DNA of 64,000 nt from sequence record NC_049438.1; one strand, 5' to 3'. Of the stretch, positions 1 to 7,840 are shown one piece after another. The position numbers were made by a program, and so were the translations under genes. The notes under the pieces were generated by a model, which saw only the letters and a program-made list of their open reading frames with translations, searched no databases and had not been told where the DNA came from. The stretch comes from Acinetobacter phage vB_ApiM_fHyAci03. The first letter of the stretch is position 1, and each line of letters opens with the position of its first letter.

Positions 1-2214
1 TCAATCAGAAGTATCACCTTCATTCTTAATTCCTAAGTTGTTCAAAATGTCTTTTGCCATTCGATCTGTAATGCTATAACAATTATTGAGAACATAGTGC
101 ACCATAGGGTGTTCATGTGCTAACTTTTCTTCAAATTGGCTAAATCTATTTCTGGCTGCAGAGTAGTTAGCACGATATGAGATCAATGATTGAATATACT
201 CTTCATACAAATCACTTTCAGATTTAATGCGAATTCTATCGGCTACTTGCATGATTTTGTAGAACTTGTCGAACTCCTCAGTATTAGCTCCACACGCATA
301 AGAGTATAGTACGTTTAACATCTTGTTACCCATGATGTTATTGTGTAATCTATCATGAGTTTGACGATAACAATATGAGTCACAATCTGTTGTATTCACC
401 AACTCAATAACGCCTTTGAAAATATGTTCTACTGCACATTTGAGGCCTGGGTTCTTTAATGCTCGCTTATATGCAGAAGGACGAATTTGATACAACGTCT
501 TGATGCCAAACTTATATGCTAAACGTTTTAATGGCTCTAATTCGATGCCATCAATAAATCCAAATTGTGTGCATAACGCAGTAGGATCAGAATTATAACT
601 GCCTATGCAGAATCCAGATAGTTCATCGATTTCAGAAGAAGTTAAGAATAACTCCTCATAGTCGTATTTGTTTGTATGTTTATTGTACTTTGTCACTATG
701 ACATTCGCTGAAGCAGGACGTTTCTCACGTGGTTTATCAGCCTTTTCAGCCTTCACTTCCATTGATTTGCGAAGCGGCTCAAGATCAGTTGTGTTGAGAA
801 TTCGGACTTCATCACCTTGATAGATTTCCTTAAATGTATCAATGAGCGCCATTTCAACAGGATTAGAACGTCGTACAACAATAACCGGTTCATTGATTCG
901 TGGATAATTTTTGCTTGGATTTGCTGCCATCGCCTTGATGATGTCACGAACTTTCTTTGCACTTACACCGTCGTCAATCAAGAAATGAATATACTCACGT
1001 CTATAGTCAATAAGGTCAGACAATCGAATTTCTGAAACTTTATGACGACGATACATCACTAAGTTGTCAACAGGCTTTTTGACTCGAGGCGAATATGAAC
1101 TTGTTTCATAAATTCGCGCATGAGACAGTTCACGTTGTAGATTAGGGTGCTCTCCTACCTTTCCAGCGTCTTCTACAGAAACAGTGCCATTCAAGAATTT
1201 GATGCCTGATGCCATTAGCACATTATGTTTTGTGCCTGCCATTCGCAACAATTCACGAGCTAGTTTTCGTTCATATTTGATTTCATGAAGTGAAGCAATA
1301 TCGGATGCCATTAAATCATCATTGATTTTGTTTACGCGTTTTACAATATTGTTGATTGTAAATTCGTCCATTTGGAGTTCTTCACGTGATGGCTGTGGCA
1401 TCAATTCATTAATAGGAAAATGAACATATGTTACTGGTGCAGTGGCATTTAACCAAGAAGTTTTCATTCCTGGTGTGCCTTCTAAAGGATATACAATATT
1501 GCCACAAATTGCATATACACCAGGCCCATCAACAGATTCGTTGTAACGTGTAAAGAAATAATCGTCACTATACGTTTCGAAATTTTTGAAACTCGGAACG
1601 TTAAGATTAGCGCCAGATAATTCATATACGTCTGGATCAAATGGCGCCAAAATTCGACGAATTTCTGAGTGCCATGAATTAATATCAAGTGCTCTAACTG
1701 GGACTGTGACTTCGATACCGGATTTATCGCCTTCCTCAAATGGGCCTTCAAACACTTTCATGATTTGTGGCTCGCCATTTGACAATGCAGCAGTATAAAT
1801 TCGTACTGTTCCTTCAAAGAATGACGTTACGTTAAATGTGTCGGTATATGAGAATGGTGACTTAGCACCTAGTCCAAATCCGCCAGTAAGATCACCACGA
1901 TCAGTTTTAAGTGATTTGAAGTATTGAGTGTAAATTGTGATCATATCATCATGGCTAAGACCAGGACCATAATCTCGAACTACAAATCGCGGATCAAGTT
2001 CATTAGGAGCTTTGACCTGCCATTTAGCCTTGGTACCATTAAGTAGATGAGCATCCATAGCATTACAAACAACTTCACGAACTACAGCACGAATTTTGTG
2101 TTTGTAGATACCACTTGACAAAATCTGAAAGGCCTTAGCAGAAGTACTTATGCTAAACTTGTGAGCATCACCTGAATTTCCAAGAATAACTTCATTTTGA
2201 TTATTAAATTGCAT
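1..2214 (-). CDS. rIIA: rIIA membrane-associated protein (HATPase_c-like N-terminal domain)
   Basis: 737-aa ORF. N-terminus aligns to T4 rIIA (…ILGN…KIRAVVRE…DAH…LDPRFV.RD.GPG…GGFGLG.KSPFSYTDTF…). Stop codon sits at nt 1-3. Confidence 0.9.
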   Translation of the reverse strand: MQFNNQNEVILGNSGDAHKFSISTSAKAFQILSSGIYKHKIRAVVREVVCNAMDAHLLNGTKAKWQVKAPNELDPRFVVRDYGPGLSHDDMITIYTQYFKSLKTDRGDLTGGFGLGAKSPFSYTDTFNVTSFFEGTVRIYTAALSNGEPQIMKVFEGPFEEGDKSGIEVTVPVRALDINSWHSEIRRILAPFDPDVYELSGANLNVPSFKNFETYSDDYFFTRYNESVDGPGVYAICGNIVYPLEGTPGMKTSWLNATAPVTYVHFPINELMPQPSREELQMDEFTINNIVKRVNKINDDLMASDIASLHEIKYERKLARELLRMAGTKHNVLMASGIKFLNGTVSVEDAGKVGEHPNLQRELSHARIYETSSYSPRVKKPVDNLVMYRRHKVSEIRLSDLIDYRREYIHFLIDDGVSAKKVRDIIKAMAANPSKNYPRINEPVIVVRRSNPVEMALIDTFKEIYQGDEVRILNTTDLEPLRKSMEVKAEKADKPREKRPASANVIVTKYNKHTNKYDYEELFLTSSEIDELSGFCIGSYNSDPTALCTQFGFIDGIELEPLKRLAYKFGIKTLYQIRPSAYKRALKNPGLKCAVEHIFKGVIELVNTTDCDSYCYRQTHDRLHNNIMGNKMLNVLYSYACGANTEEFDKFYKIMQVADRIRIKSESDLYEEYIQSLISYRANYSAARNRFSQFEEKLAHEHPMVHYVLNNCYSITDRMAKDILNNLGIKNEGDTSD

Positions 2215-2234
2215 GATAAATATCTCACTTCATA

Positions 2235-2435
2235 TTAAAAGGTGTGTTTATATTGATCGAGTAGTTCTACTGCACGTCGAACGTCTTCTTCAGTGTTAAC
2301 TCCAGCTTCTAAACGAGCTACCATTTCAAGGTTCAAGTTACGATCGATCGCAGCTTGATGTTCATCAAAGAAACGTTCCATTGCATGGTGATGGTGTTTA
2401 ATTGCAGTGCGTAGGTTGTTTATGTCAATTTTCAT
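2235..2435 (-). CDS. rIIA.1-like small protein
   Basis: 66-aa ORF immediately upstream of rIIA, as in T4. His-rich. No recognisable domain. Confidence 0.5.
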   Translation of the reverse strand: MKIDINNLRTAIKHHHHAMERFFDEHQAAIDRNLNLEMVARLEAGVNTEEDVRRAVELLDQYKHTF

Positions 2436-2467
2436 TTCAATTTACTCAATGGATATATTTGATATGT

Positions 2468-2501
2468 CTATTATACTAAACATTGATTTGAAAGTAAACA
2501 T
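2468..2501 (-). promoter_or_regulatory. T4-type early promoter (minus strand: GTTTAC -35, 18-nt spacer, TATAAT -10) upstream of rIIA.1/rIIA
   Basis: Plus strand shows ATTATA (2470..2475) and GTAAAC (2494..2499). Confidence 0.6.
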
Positions 2502-2526
2502 TTAAATGCAAAAAGTTTAGACAAAA

Positions 2527-2652
2527 TTAAAGGACCCTGAGGTCCTTTTTAAATTTATCTTTGCGATAGTATTTTGATTTGTCTTTTACAACCTGCATTT
2601 TAAATGCAGGTGTTCTGACAGCTTTTGCGATCGGATTACGTTTACCTTTCAT
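2527..2652 (-). CDS. ArfA-like small basic protein (alternative ribosome rescue factor A-like); stop codon inside terminator hairpin
   Basis: 41-aa ORF MKGKRNPIAKAVRTPAFKMQVVKDKSKYYRKDKFKKDLRVL, absent from the ORF track because it is under 60 aa. It aligns with the ArfA core ([37 protein letters not shown]). GGAG Shine-Dalgarno sits 8 nt upstream. The ATG overlaps the upstream TGA as ATGA. Confidence 0.35.
   Translation of the reverse strand: MKGKRNPIAKAVRTPAFKMQVVKDKSKYYRKDKFKKDLRVL
2529..2548 (-). terminator. rho-independent terminator hairpin (AAAGGACC-CTGA-GGTCCTTT) followed by a U-run; contains the arfA-like stop codon
   Basis: Perfect 6-8-bp stem. The mRNA reads …GGACCUCAGGGUCCUUUAAUUUUG. 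Confidence 0.6.
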
Positions 2653-3917
2653 TTCCATAACTCCAAATATTTATTCTCTAGATCTTCCGGTACAAAGAAA
2701 TGGCTTGCAAAAAATGCGTCCATACCTGTGACAAGATTTCGATCTTCTCGAATAGACATACCACATGCTTTGTCGCCAATTATCCATGAACCGATGATAG
2801 GATAATAACCGTCATGCGGTTGAATATCATGCCATTGTTGATACATATAGCCCCAGTGATCATATTCAGGCACTTTGTGCGATCCGGGTGCTAAATGACT
2901 AAGCTCTTCGCCTGAACAAAATTGTGAACGATAAATATTTGAACCTTCACGTCCATGAATTGCTTTCTTAGCATACTGCCCGGATTTCGGACGATGGTTC
3001 CCATCAAAGCTTGCTAACAAGTTAGGATGATTAGGGAACATTTGCCATAACTTGACAAGCATCGCTTTGTTTGAAAGTAACATTTTCCATGCAGGTTCCA
3101 TCCATCGTGTATTAGTGCAATCAAGAATGTCAGATCCAAATTTCTCTTCAGTCATCCATTCCCAAGGATAAAGTTTAAAACAATTTTTGATCTCTTGGTC
3201 TTGAAGATCAATGAATGATTTAGTTTCGGGACCAGTGCCAATACGTTCTTTCAAAAGGCCAATGTCTTGCATTTGCAGTTCTTTGACTGATAATCCTGCT
3301 CGAAGTGCAGAATCCATCAAATAAACTAAATTGCCAAAGTCTTCATGGCGGAATCCGCCACTTGATGCAAAATGAACTAATTCGCCGGGTTTAAATCGAG
3401 ATTGCCATACTTCTTGAAGAGTTTCATCAATAAGATTATATTGAATGCGCAGATCGTCAGGATAATCTCTTCCATCAGGAAGTTTCTTCATACCTTCGAT
3501 ATAATTCCATTGTGCAACAGAACACTCAAGAATTGAAACTGGTGTATCGCCATTGTACTCAAACATTTTCAATGAATTGTCCCAGCCAAATGCAAGGTCA
3601 AAACGTCCATATAATGATTTGTCGCCACGTTTCCATGATTGTTCAATTAACGGAATTGAATTTTCATCCAAGTTGAAGTATTCAGGGTAATCTCCAGACG
3701 TGACCATTTGCTCTACCATTGCACATGACATATCATGAAGTTCTTGTGTTGCGGCTTGAATGCGATCAATTTCACTTTCTGACATACCATACACTACACC
3801 TTCTTGCCAATACGGTGCACCTTCAGGACCGGATGGAGCATTCCAATAGTTGAAGCCGATTCCCTCTAAAAGCTCGACATGATTAGGGCGAATTTCGAAA
3901 TTAGTATGTCGTTTCAT
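2649..3917 (-). CDS. glutathionylspermidine synthase-family ATP-dependent amidoligase (GspS synthetase-domain homolog)
   Basis: 422 aa. Whole-length resemblance to the synthetase domain of bacterial glutathionylspermidine synthase (GSP_synth family). No amidase (CHAP) domain is present. Confidence 0.65.
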   Translation of the reverse strand: MKRHTNFEIRPNHVELLEGIGFNYWNAPSGPEGAPYWQEGVVYGMSESEIDRIQAATQELHDMSCAMVEQMVTSGDYPEYFNLDENSIPLIEQSWKRGDKSLYGRFDLAFGWDNSLKMFEYNGDTPVSILECSVAQWNYIEGMKKLPDGRDYPDDLRIQYNLIDETLQEVWQSRFKPGELVHFASSGGFRHEDFGNLVYLMDSALRAGLSVKELQMQDIGLLKERIGTGPETKSFIDLQDQEIKNCFKLYPWEWMTEEKFGSDILDCTNTRWMEPAWKMLLSNKAMLVKLWQMFPNHPNLLASFDGNHRPKSGQYAKKAIHGREGSNIYRSQFCSGEELSHLAPGSHKVPEYDHWGYMYQQWHDIQPHDGYYPIIGSWIIGDKACGMSIREDRNLVTGMDAFFASHFFVPEDLENKYLELWK

Positions 3918-3980
3918 ATTTTCACTCAGGTTGTAGTGTATAGAAGTATTTTAAACAATATTACTAGCGATGTAAACTGT

Positions 3981-4265
3981 TTATCTAAATTTAGTATATT
4001 CGCAACGATGTTGAGGGATTTTCATATAACGATCGGCTAATGTTAAACTAACATATGTGCCATCAGAATACCATGTAATAGAACTATCGTTACCTGTATA
4101 TGTAACAATTGAATCGCCTAAAAGTGATAAACATTTGAGTGTAACTGTACCAGCAGGCGTATATGCCTGATTTGCCTTTGGGCGTTGCATTACAAAAATG
4201 CTCAATGCGATAACAATTCCAACAATTAAACAGAATATCATCTGTCCATTATTTAACTTACTCAT
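3981..4265 (-). CDS. small membrane-anchored protein (N-terminal TM)
   Basis: 94 aa with a hydrophobic N-terminal segment. No homolog recognised. Confidence 0.4.
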   Translation of the reverse strand: MSKLNNGQMIFCLIVGIVIALSIFVMQRPKANQAYTPAGTVTLKCLSLLGDSIVTYTGNDSSITWYSDGTYVSLTLADRYMKIPQHRCEYTKFR

Positions 4266-4274
4266 AAAACCTCC

Positions 4275-4297
4275 AAATGGGACCGAAGTCCCAAATT
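4275..4297 (-). terminator. terminator hairpin with UUCG tetraloop on the mRNA (GGGAC-UUCG-GUCCC)
   Basis: Plus strand reads AAATGGGACCGAAGTCCCAAATT. Confidence 0.5.
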
Positions 4298-4299
4298 AA

Positions 4300-4836
4300 T
4301 TAACCACCAGAAGATACAGCACCACCAAAACCACCACGAGACACTGAAGTACTACGTGAGACTGATGTGCTTCGAGATGTGGCAGCTCGAGCAGATACGG
4401 CACGAGATTCTGTTGCACGATATGAATTTAAAGTACTACGAGCTGGTGGAACATATGCACTTGAGCCCATTGAACGTTGTCGTTCTTTATATGAATTATA
4501 TGAGCCATTAGACATCATATTGCCAAGCATCATACCCATGGCACCTGCCATTAGCATATCCATACCAGAGAACCCAGAATCAGATGCAGCTTTAGATGCG
4601 GCAGCAGGATCAGTTTTATGAAGTTCAAGTAATTTTACCCAATCTTCATATGTGCCGGTGTAACCTTTTGATTTAGCTTCTTCATATGATTTGTTAAGTG
4701 TATCTGCGACTTGAACAAATGCACCTTCAGGAGTTTGAGCTACACCTTCTGCTACAGCAACAGAATCATCTTTTGTGCATCCGGCTAAAACGAAAGCCGG
4801 GACAATAAGCATTGCAACAGATTTTTTAAGTTTCAT
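4300..4836 (-). CDS. lipoprotein with Ser/Thr/Arg-rich repetitive C-terminus
   Basis: Signal peptide plus lipobox (…VLAGC). C-terminus carries RSTSVSRSTSVSR repeats. Confidence 0.5.
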   Translation of the reverse strand: MKLKKSVAMLIVPAFVLAGCTKDDSVAVAEGVAQTPEGAFVQVADTLNKSYEEAKSKGYTGTYEDWVKLLELHKTDPAAASKAASDSGFSGMDMLMAGAMGMMLGNMMSNGSYNSYKERQRSMGSSAYVPPARSTLNSYRATESRAVSARAATSRSTSVSRSTSVSRGGFGGAVSSGG

Positions 4837-4939
4837 AAGTTTGCCTTAGTTGAAATAAACAATTAAACCACAAGCCATAATAATTATTCCTATAAGGAAT
4901 CCAGATGACCAGTTATACTCTGGAAACATAGTATCTCCA

Positions 4940-5281
4940 TTAAATATCAATGTTTGAGTACTGTGCAATGATTGCAAGTCCTACAGAAATGAAGACCAAT
5001 CCAACCCAAGCTCCAACATCTAAGTTTTGATTAAGCATTGCTTTAGCTAGAAATGCGGTGGCAATGGCTCCAAGGCCTGACCACATGACATATAAAATTC
5101 CAGCTTGCATATATTTCAATGCAATAACACAAGCAATAAATGATCCGGCGTATAATGCAGCACCAATCACCAAAGGTACAATATTATTAAATCCATCTGC
5201 CTTAGCCATATAAATCGTTGAGACAACGTCGGTTACAATGGCAACAAGTAACCATACTACGCCCAACTGAACCGGCGTCAT
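4940..5281 (-). CDS. SMR-family (EmrE/Gdx/SugE-like) small multidrug-resistance transporter
   Basis: 113 aa with four predicted TM helices. Aligns to EmrE (…MWSGLG… and …QNLDVGAWVGLVFISVGLAII… versus AYAIWSG…QRLDLPAIIGMMLICAGVLII). Asp replaces the TM1 Glu14. Confidence 0.7.
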   Translation of the reverse strand: MTPVQLGVVWLLVAIVTDVVSTIYMAKADGFNNIVPLVIGAALYAGSFIACVIALKYMQAGILYVMWSGLGAIATAFLAKAMLNQNLDVGAWVGLVFISVGLAIIAQYSNIDI

Positions 5282-5637
5282 GCCAGTTCACTCAAAACTT
5301 TACGAGCTTCTTTAAGCCAGTCATCACGAGTGATGTCGCCATCATCAGGTGCAATTGCAGTAGTGAACAATTTAATAACTTTCCATGTACGAGTGCTGTA
5401 ATTATCTTCAGACCGTTTAGAAAATAAGAGTGTATCTTCGCCATCTACCTTTCGAATACCGAAAATTCTGCGCAGTGTACTGGCCTCTTTCACATTTCCG
5501 TATTCATCTTTAGTCCAGCCTAGAGTTTTGCCAATAACACAAGTTTTATATTCACCCATGCCAAATACGGTATTTGCTGGCAATTGTTCTACTGCTTCAA
5601 TTACACGAATAAGGCCATTTGTTAAATTGATCTTCAT
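5278..5637 (-). CDS. hypothetical protein
   Basis: 119-aa ORF in the operon. No motif recognised. Confidence 0.4.
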   Translation of the reverse strand: MKINLTNGLIRVIEAVEQLPANTVFGMGEYKTCVIGKTLGWTKDEYGNVKEASTLRRIFGIRKVDGEDTLLFSKRSEDNYSTRTWKVIKLFTTAIAPDDGDITRDDWLKEARKVLSELA

Positions 5638-5667
5638 ATTAATTTACTCATTTGATTTAAGATAGAA

Positions 5668-5701
5668 CCATTATAACAACAGTTCTATCTCATGTAAACA
5701 T
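5668..5701 (-). promoter_or_regulatory. early promoter with PeSL-type dyad (GATAGAAC…GTTCTATC flanking the -10)
   Basis: ATTATA at 5670..5675 and GTAAAC at 5694..5699 on the plus strand. Confidence 0.6.
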
Positions 5702-5711
5702 TAAAAATGAA

Positions 5712-6731
5712 TTATTTTTGGATTAAATCCAACCAAATTTCTCGAATTTCAGTGGTAACAATTTTCTGCAATTCTGCTTTGAATTTTGAAGGTTGCTGAG
5801 CTGCATTCAAAGTAAGACCTTCACGTTCGGCTTCTTCAAAAATATCTTTCATTGTAAGTCCCATTACTTTGCCAAAGTCTTTAGTTGTCACTTCACCAAT
5901 GTGAGAAACAACATTCGAGATACGAGCTTTAGTAACATATTCACTGAATTTGCTCAAGAGTTCTAAGTCTTCAGGCGGTAACGGAGTAGGGATTTTAGGA
6001 AGTTTTGATTTGCCTTTTTCTTTAAACTTGTCAGTTTTGTATTTGATTGCAAGTCGAGATCCACTGCGCAAGAACATTGGAGTATTTGGCTTGATGACAA
6101 GACCTTCTGCAACATTATCTTTAGGAGCAGGTTGTGGGTGAACGCTATACATATTTTCCCATGTCAATGATGGTACAATAGAATCGAATTCAACCGGTAA
6201 TTTCAAAAGTTGTTCAAGTGTACCACGAGCAATTAATGGAGCAATTTTCAATCCACGATAATCGCAGAATTCTTGAACTTTATCATCAGCCCACCATCCA
6301 TGTGAAAACCCTGCATCTGGTGCATCCATATAGATGTCAAATACATAGAATGATTTAGGGCCATAATCAACTTCTTTCTGGATTCCTTCACCTGCATATT
6401 CACCAAAGATTTGCATACTTTTGAATGAAGGCACGTTAGCAACAAGATCACTTTGAATTGCTTCAAATACGTCAATCAAGTCTTTCATTAGATCTTCATA
6501 TCCGAAGAATTTTTCAGTTTCACCAATGAAACCTGAACGTTTTGCAGGTTTGATAGAGTCCGCTGTAATGACAACCGAGAAGTTTGTGCCATGAATTTTT
6601 TCACGAGCTACAAATTCTGTGTTGACTGAACCTTCACCCAGTGCAATAGCATCAAAACATTGGCGAATGAATTTATCGTTAGTGTGGTTTTCAAGGCTTG
6701 AATATTTAATGAAAGACATATTGTTCTCCAA
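5712..6731 (-). CDS. rnlB: RNA ligase 2 (Rnl2, T4 gp24.1 family)
   Basis: 339 aa. N-terminus matches T4 Rnl2 (KYSSLENH…; nucleotidyltransferase motif I KIHGTNF; …FGEYAGPGIQK…DYGPKSFYVFDI…). Confidence 0.85.
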   Translation of the reverse strand: MENNMSFIKYSSLENHTNDKFIRQCFDAIALGEGSVNTEFVAREKIHGTNFSVVITADSIKPAKRSGFIGETEKFFGYEDLMKDLIDVFEAIQSDLVANVPSFKSMQIFGEYAGEGIQKEVDYGPKSFYVFDIYMDAPDAGFSHGWWADDKVQEFCDYRGLKIAPLIARGTLEQLLKLPVEFDSIVPSLTWENMYSVHPQPAPKDNVAEGLVIKPNTPMFLRSGSRLAIKYKTDKFKEKGKSKLPKIPTPLPPEDLELLSKFSEYVTKARISNVVSHIGEVTTKDFGKVMGLTMKDIFEEAEREGLTLNAAQQPSKFKAELQKIVTTEIREIWLDLIQK

Positions 6732-6744
6732 AGTATTGGGATTA

Positions 6745-6939
6745 TTAAAGTACTGCGATTGAACGACTGATTAAAATAGGACCTACCTTTTTAGGTGTAA
6801 GGAAACCAGAATTTGCGAGTTTTTCGAGATATAGAGTTTCCTGTTCTTTAGAAACAATTACAATATCGATAGTTTCTTGGTGGACTGCAATGTGTCCTGA
6901 TTCCATGTTTGTTGCTACAACTTCAACCAAGATTTTCAT
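6745..6939 (-). CDS. hypothetical protein
   Basis: 64-aa ORF. Confidence 0.3.
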   Translation of the reverse strand: MKILVEVVATNMESGHIAVHQETIDIVIVSKEQETLYLEKLANSGFLTPKKVGPILISRSIAVL

Positions 6940-7373
6940 TCTACTGCTCCATAAATTGCAGATGTTGCACCATCAGTGTATGTATGTAAAATAACTCGAA
7001 TACCTCGAAGGAGGTTATTTTCAAGAGTGCTAAGATTTGCATCAGTGATATATGCATGTTTAAAGATACCTTCATCTGATGCTTGATCGATTTCGCAAAC
7101 TTTAAGAGGATTTTTTGCATGCTTCTTAATAGATTGCTCATCATAATCTAAATCAAGATTTAGCAACTCGTTATATGTAGGGAAGCGTTTACGTGCTTCG
7201 ATGATTAGTTTACGTTCATTAGATGTCTTAGACAAATTTGCGGCATCGTTAAAGACTTTGACTAAATTGTTGTAAATCGTTGCAGTGAGTTTCATTTCTT
7301 TCTCCAAAGGAGTCAGCTTACGCTGACATCCAATCTTTACGAAGTTGTGCATCATTACCAAATAGCATTTCAA
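6936..7373 (-). CDS. hypothetical protein
   Basis: 145-aa ORF downstream of gene 60. The true start may be an internal Met. Confidence 0.4.
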   Translation of the reverse strand: MKCYLVMMHNFVKIGCQRKLTPLEKEMKLTATIYNNLVKVFNDAANLSKTSNERKLIIEARKRFPTYNELLNLDLDYDEQSIKKHAKNPLKVCEIDQASDEGIFKHAYITDANLSTLENNLLRGIRVILHTYTDGATSAIYGAVE

Positions 7374-7840
7374 ATTGTGCCTTCCAATTTTCAGGAAGTT
7401 TGACTACATCGAAATGTGGTTCACGAATAACTTTTTCATACTCTTCCATCTCCAAGCTTCCGAGACCCTTGATGTAACGGAAACTATAGCCTTTAAGATT
7501 AGGTTTGTCTGCTTCATAATCTTCAATAGTGTAGTACCATTTTTGATCTTTGCCTTTCTGACAAATTGCTACTGGAGTTTTGACAAACTTGATTCGCCCT
7601 TGTTCAAAAAGTTCAGGCCAATTACTGAAAAATGCAAGCAATGATGGATAAATTGAACCAGTCCCGTCTTAATACTCGAAGTTAAAAATTAGATTAGCCC
7701 GAAGGCTAATCTACATCCGCATCTGTCATAATGGCGATGTTGCGATAATTCATAGTACTAGTGAAAGTACGGCGTACATTAGTTTGAGCTTTATAAGTGT
7801 TCATATCAACATCAGTTTTTGCGATTTGAGTTAATTTCAT
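7318..7840 (-). CDS. 60: DNA topoisomerase II small subunit gp60, translated in two segments joined by a 40-nt ribosomal bypass (segment 1 7709..7840, gap 7669..7708, segment 2 7318..7668)
   Basis: Segment 1 (MKLTQIAKTDVDMNTYKAQTNVRRTFTSTMNYRNIAIMTDADVD-stop) matches the T4 gp60 N-terminal 46 aa. Segment 2 (DGTGSIYPSLLAFFSNWPELFEQGRI…) matches T4 gp60 from its landing site (GLGSIYPSLLGFFSNWPELFEQGRI…). The joined product is 160 aa, the same length as T4 gp60. Confidence 0.8.
7692..7711 (-). promoter_or_regulatory. take-off stem-loop of the translational bypass (GAUUAGCC-UUCG-GGCUAAUC), holding take-off codon GAU and stop UAG in the 5' arm
   Basis: Perfect 8-bp stem with a UUCG tetraloop. This is a near copy of the T4 gene 60 take-off hairpin. 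A GAG lies 6 nt 5' of the landing GAC (7666..7668), as in T4. Confidence 0.75.

Noticed and set aside
817-1035. Plus-strand ORFs in the six-frame track (e.g. 817..1035, 1586..1798, 8104..8394, 9582..9872, 14157..14363, 25634..26029, 26081..26584, 43483..43755, 49617..50216, 57375..58039)
   Set aside because: All lie antisense inside well-supported minus-strand genes (rIIA, gp39, dda, polymerase, gp47 and others). They have low-complexity or stop-adjacent composition. No plus-strand promoter or RBS was seen, except the repeat-borne promoter at 16982..17008.
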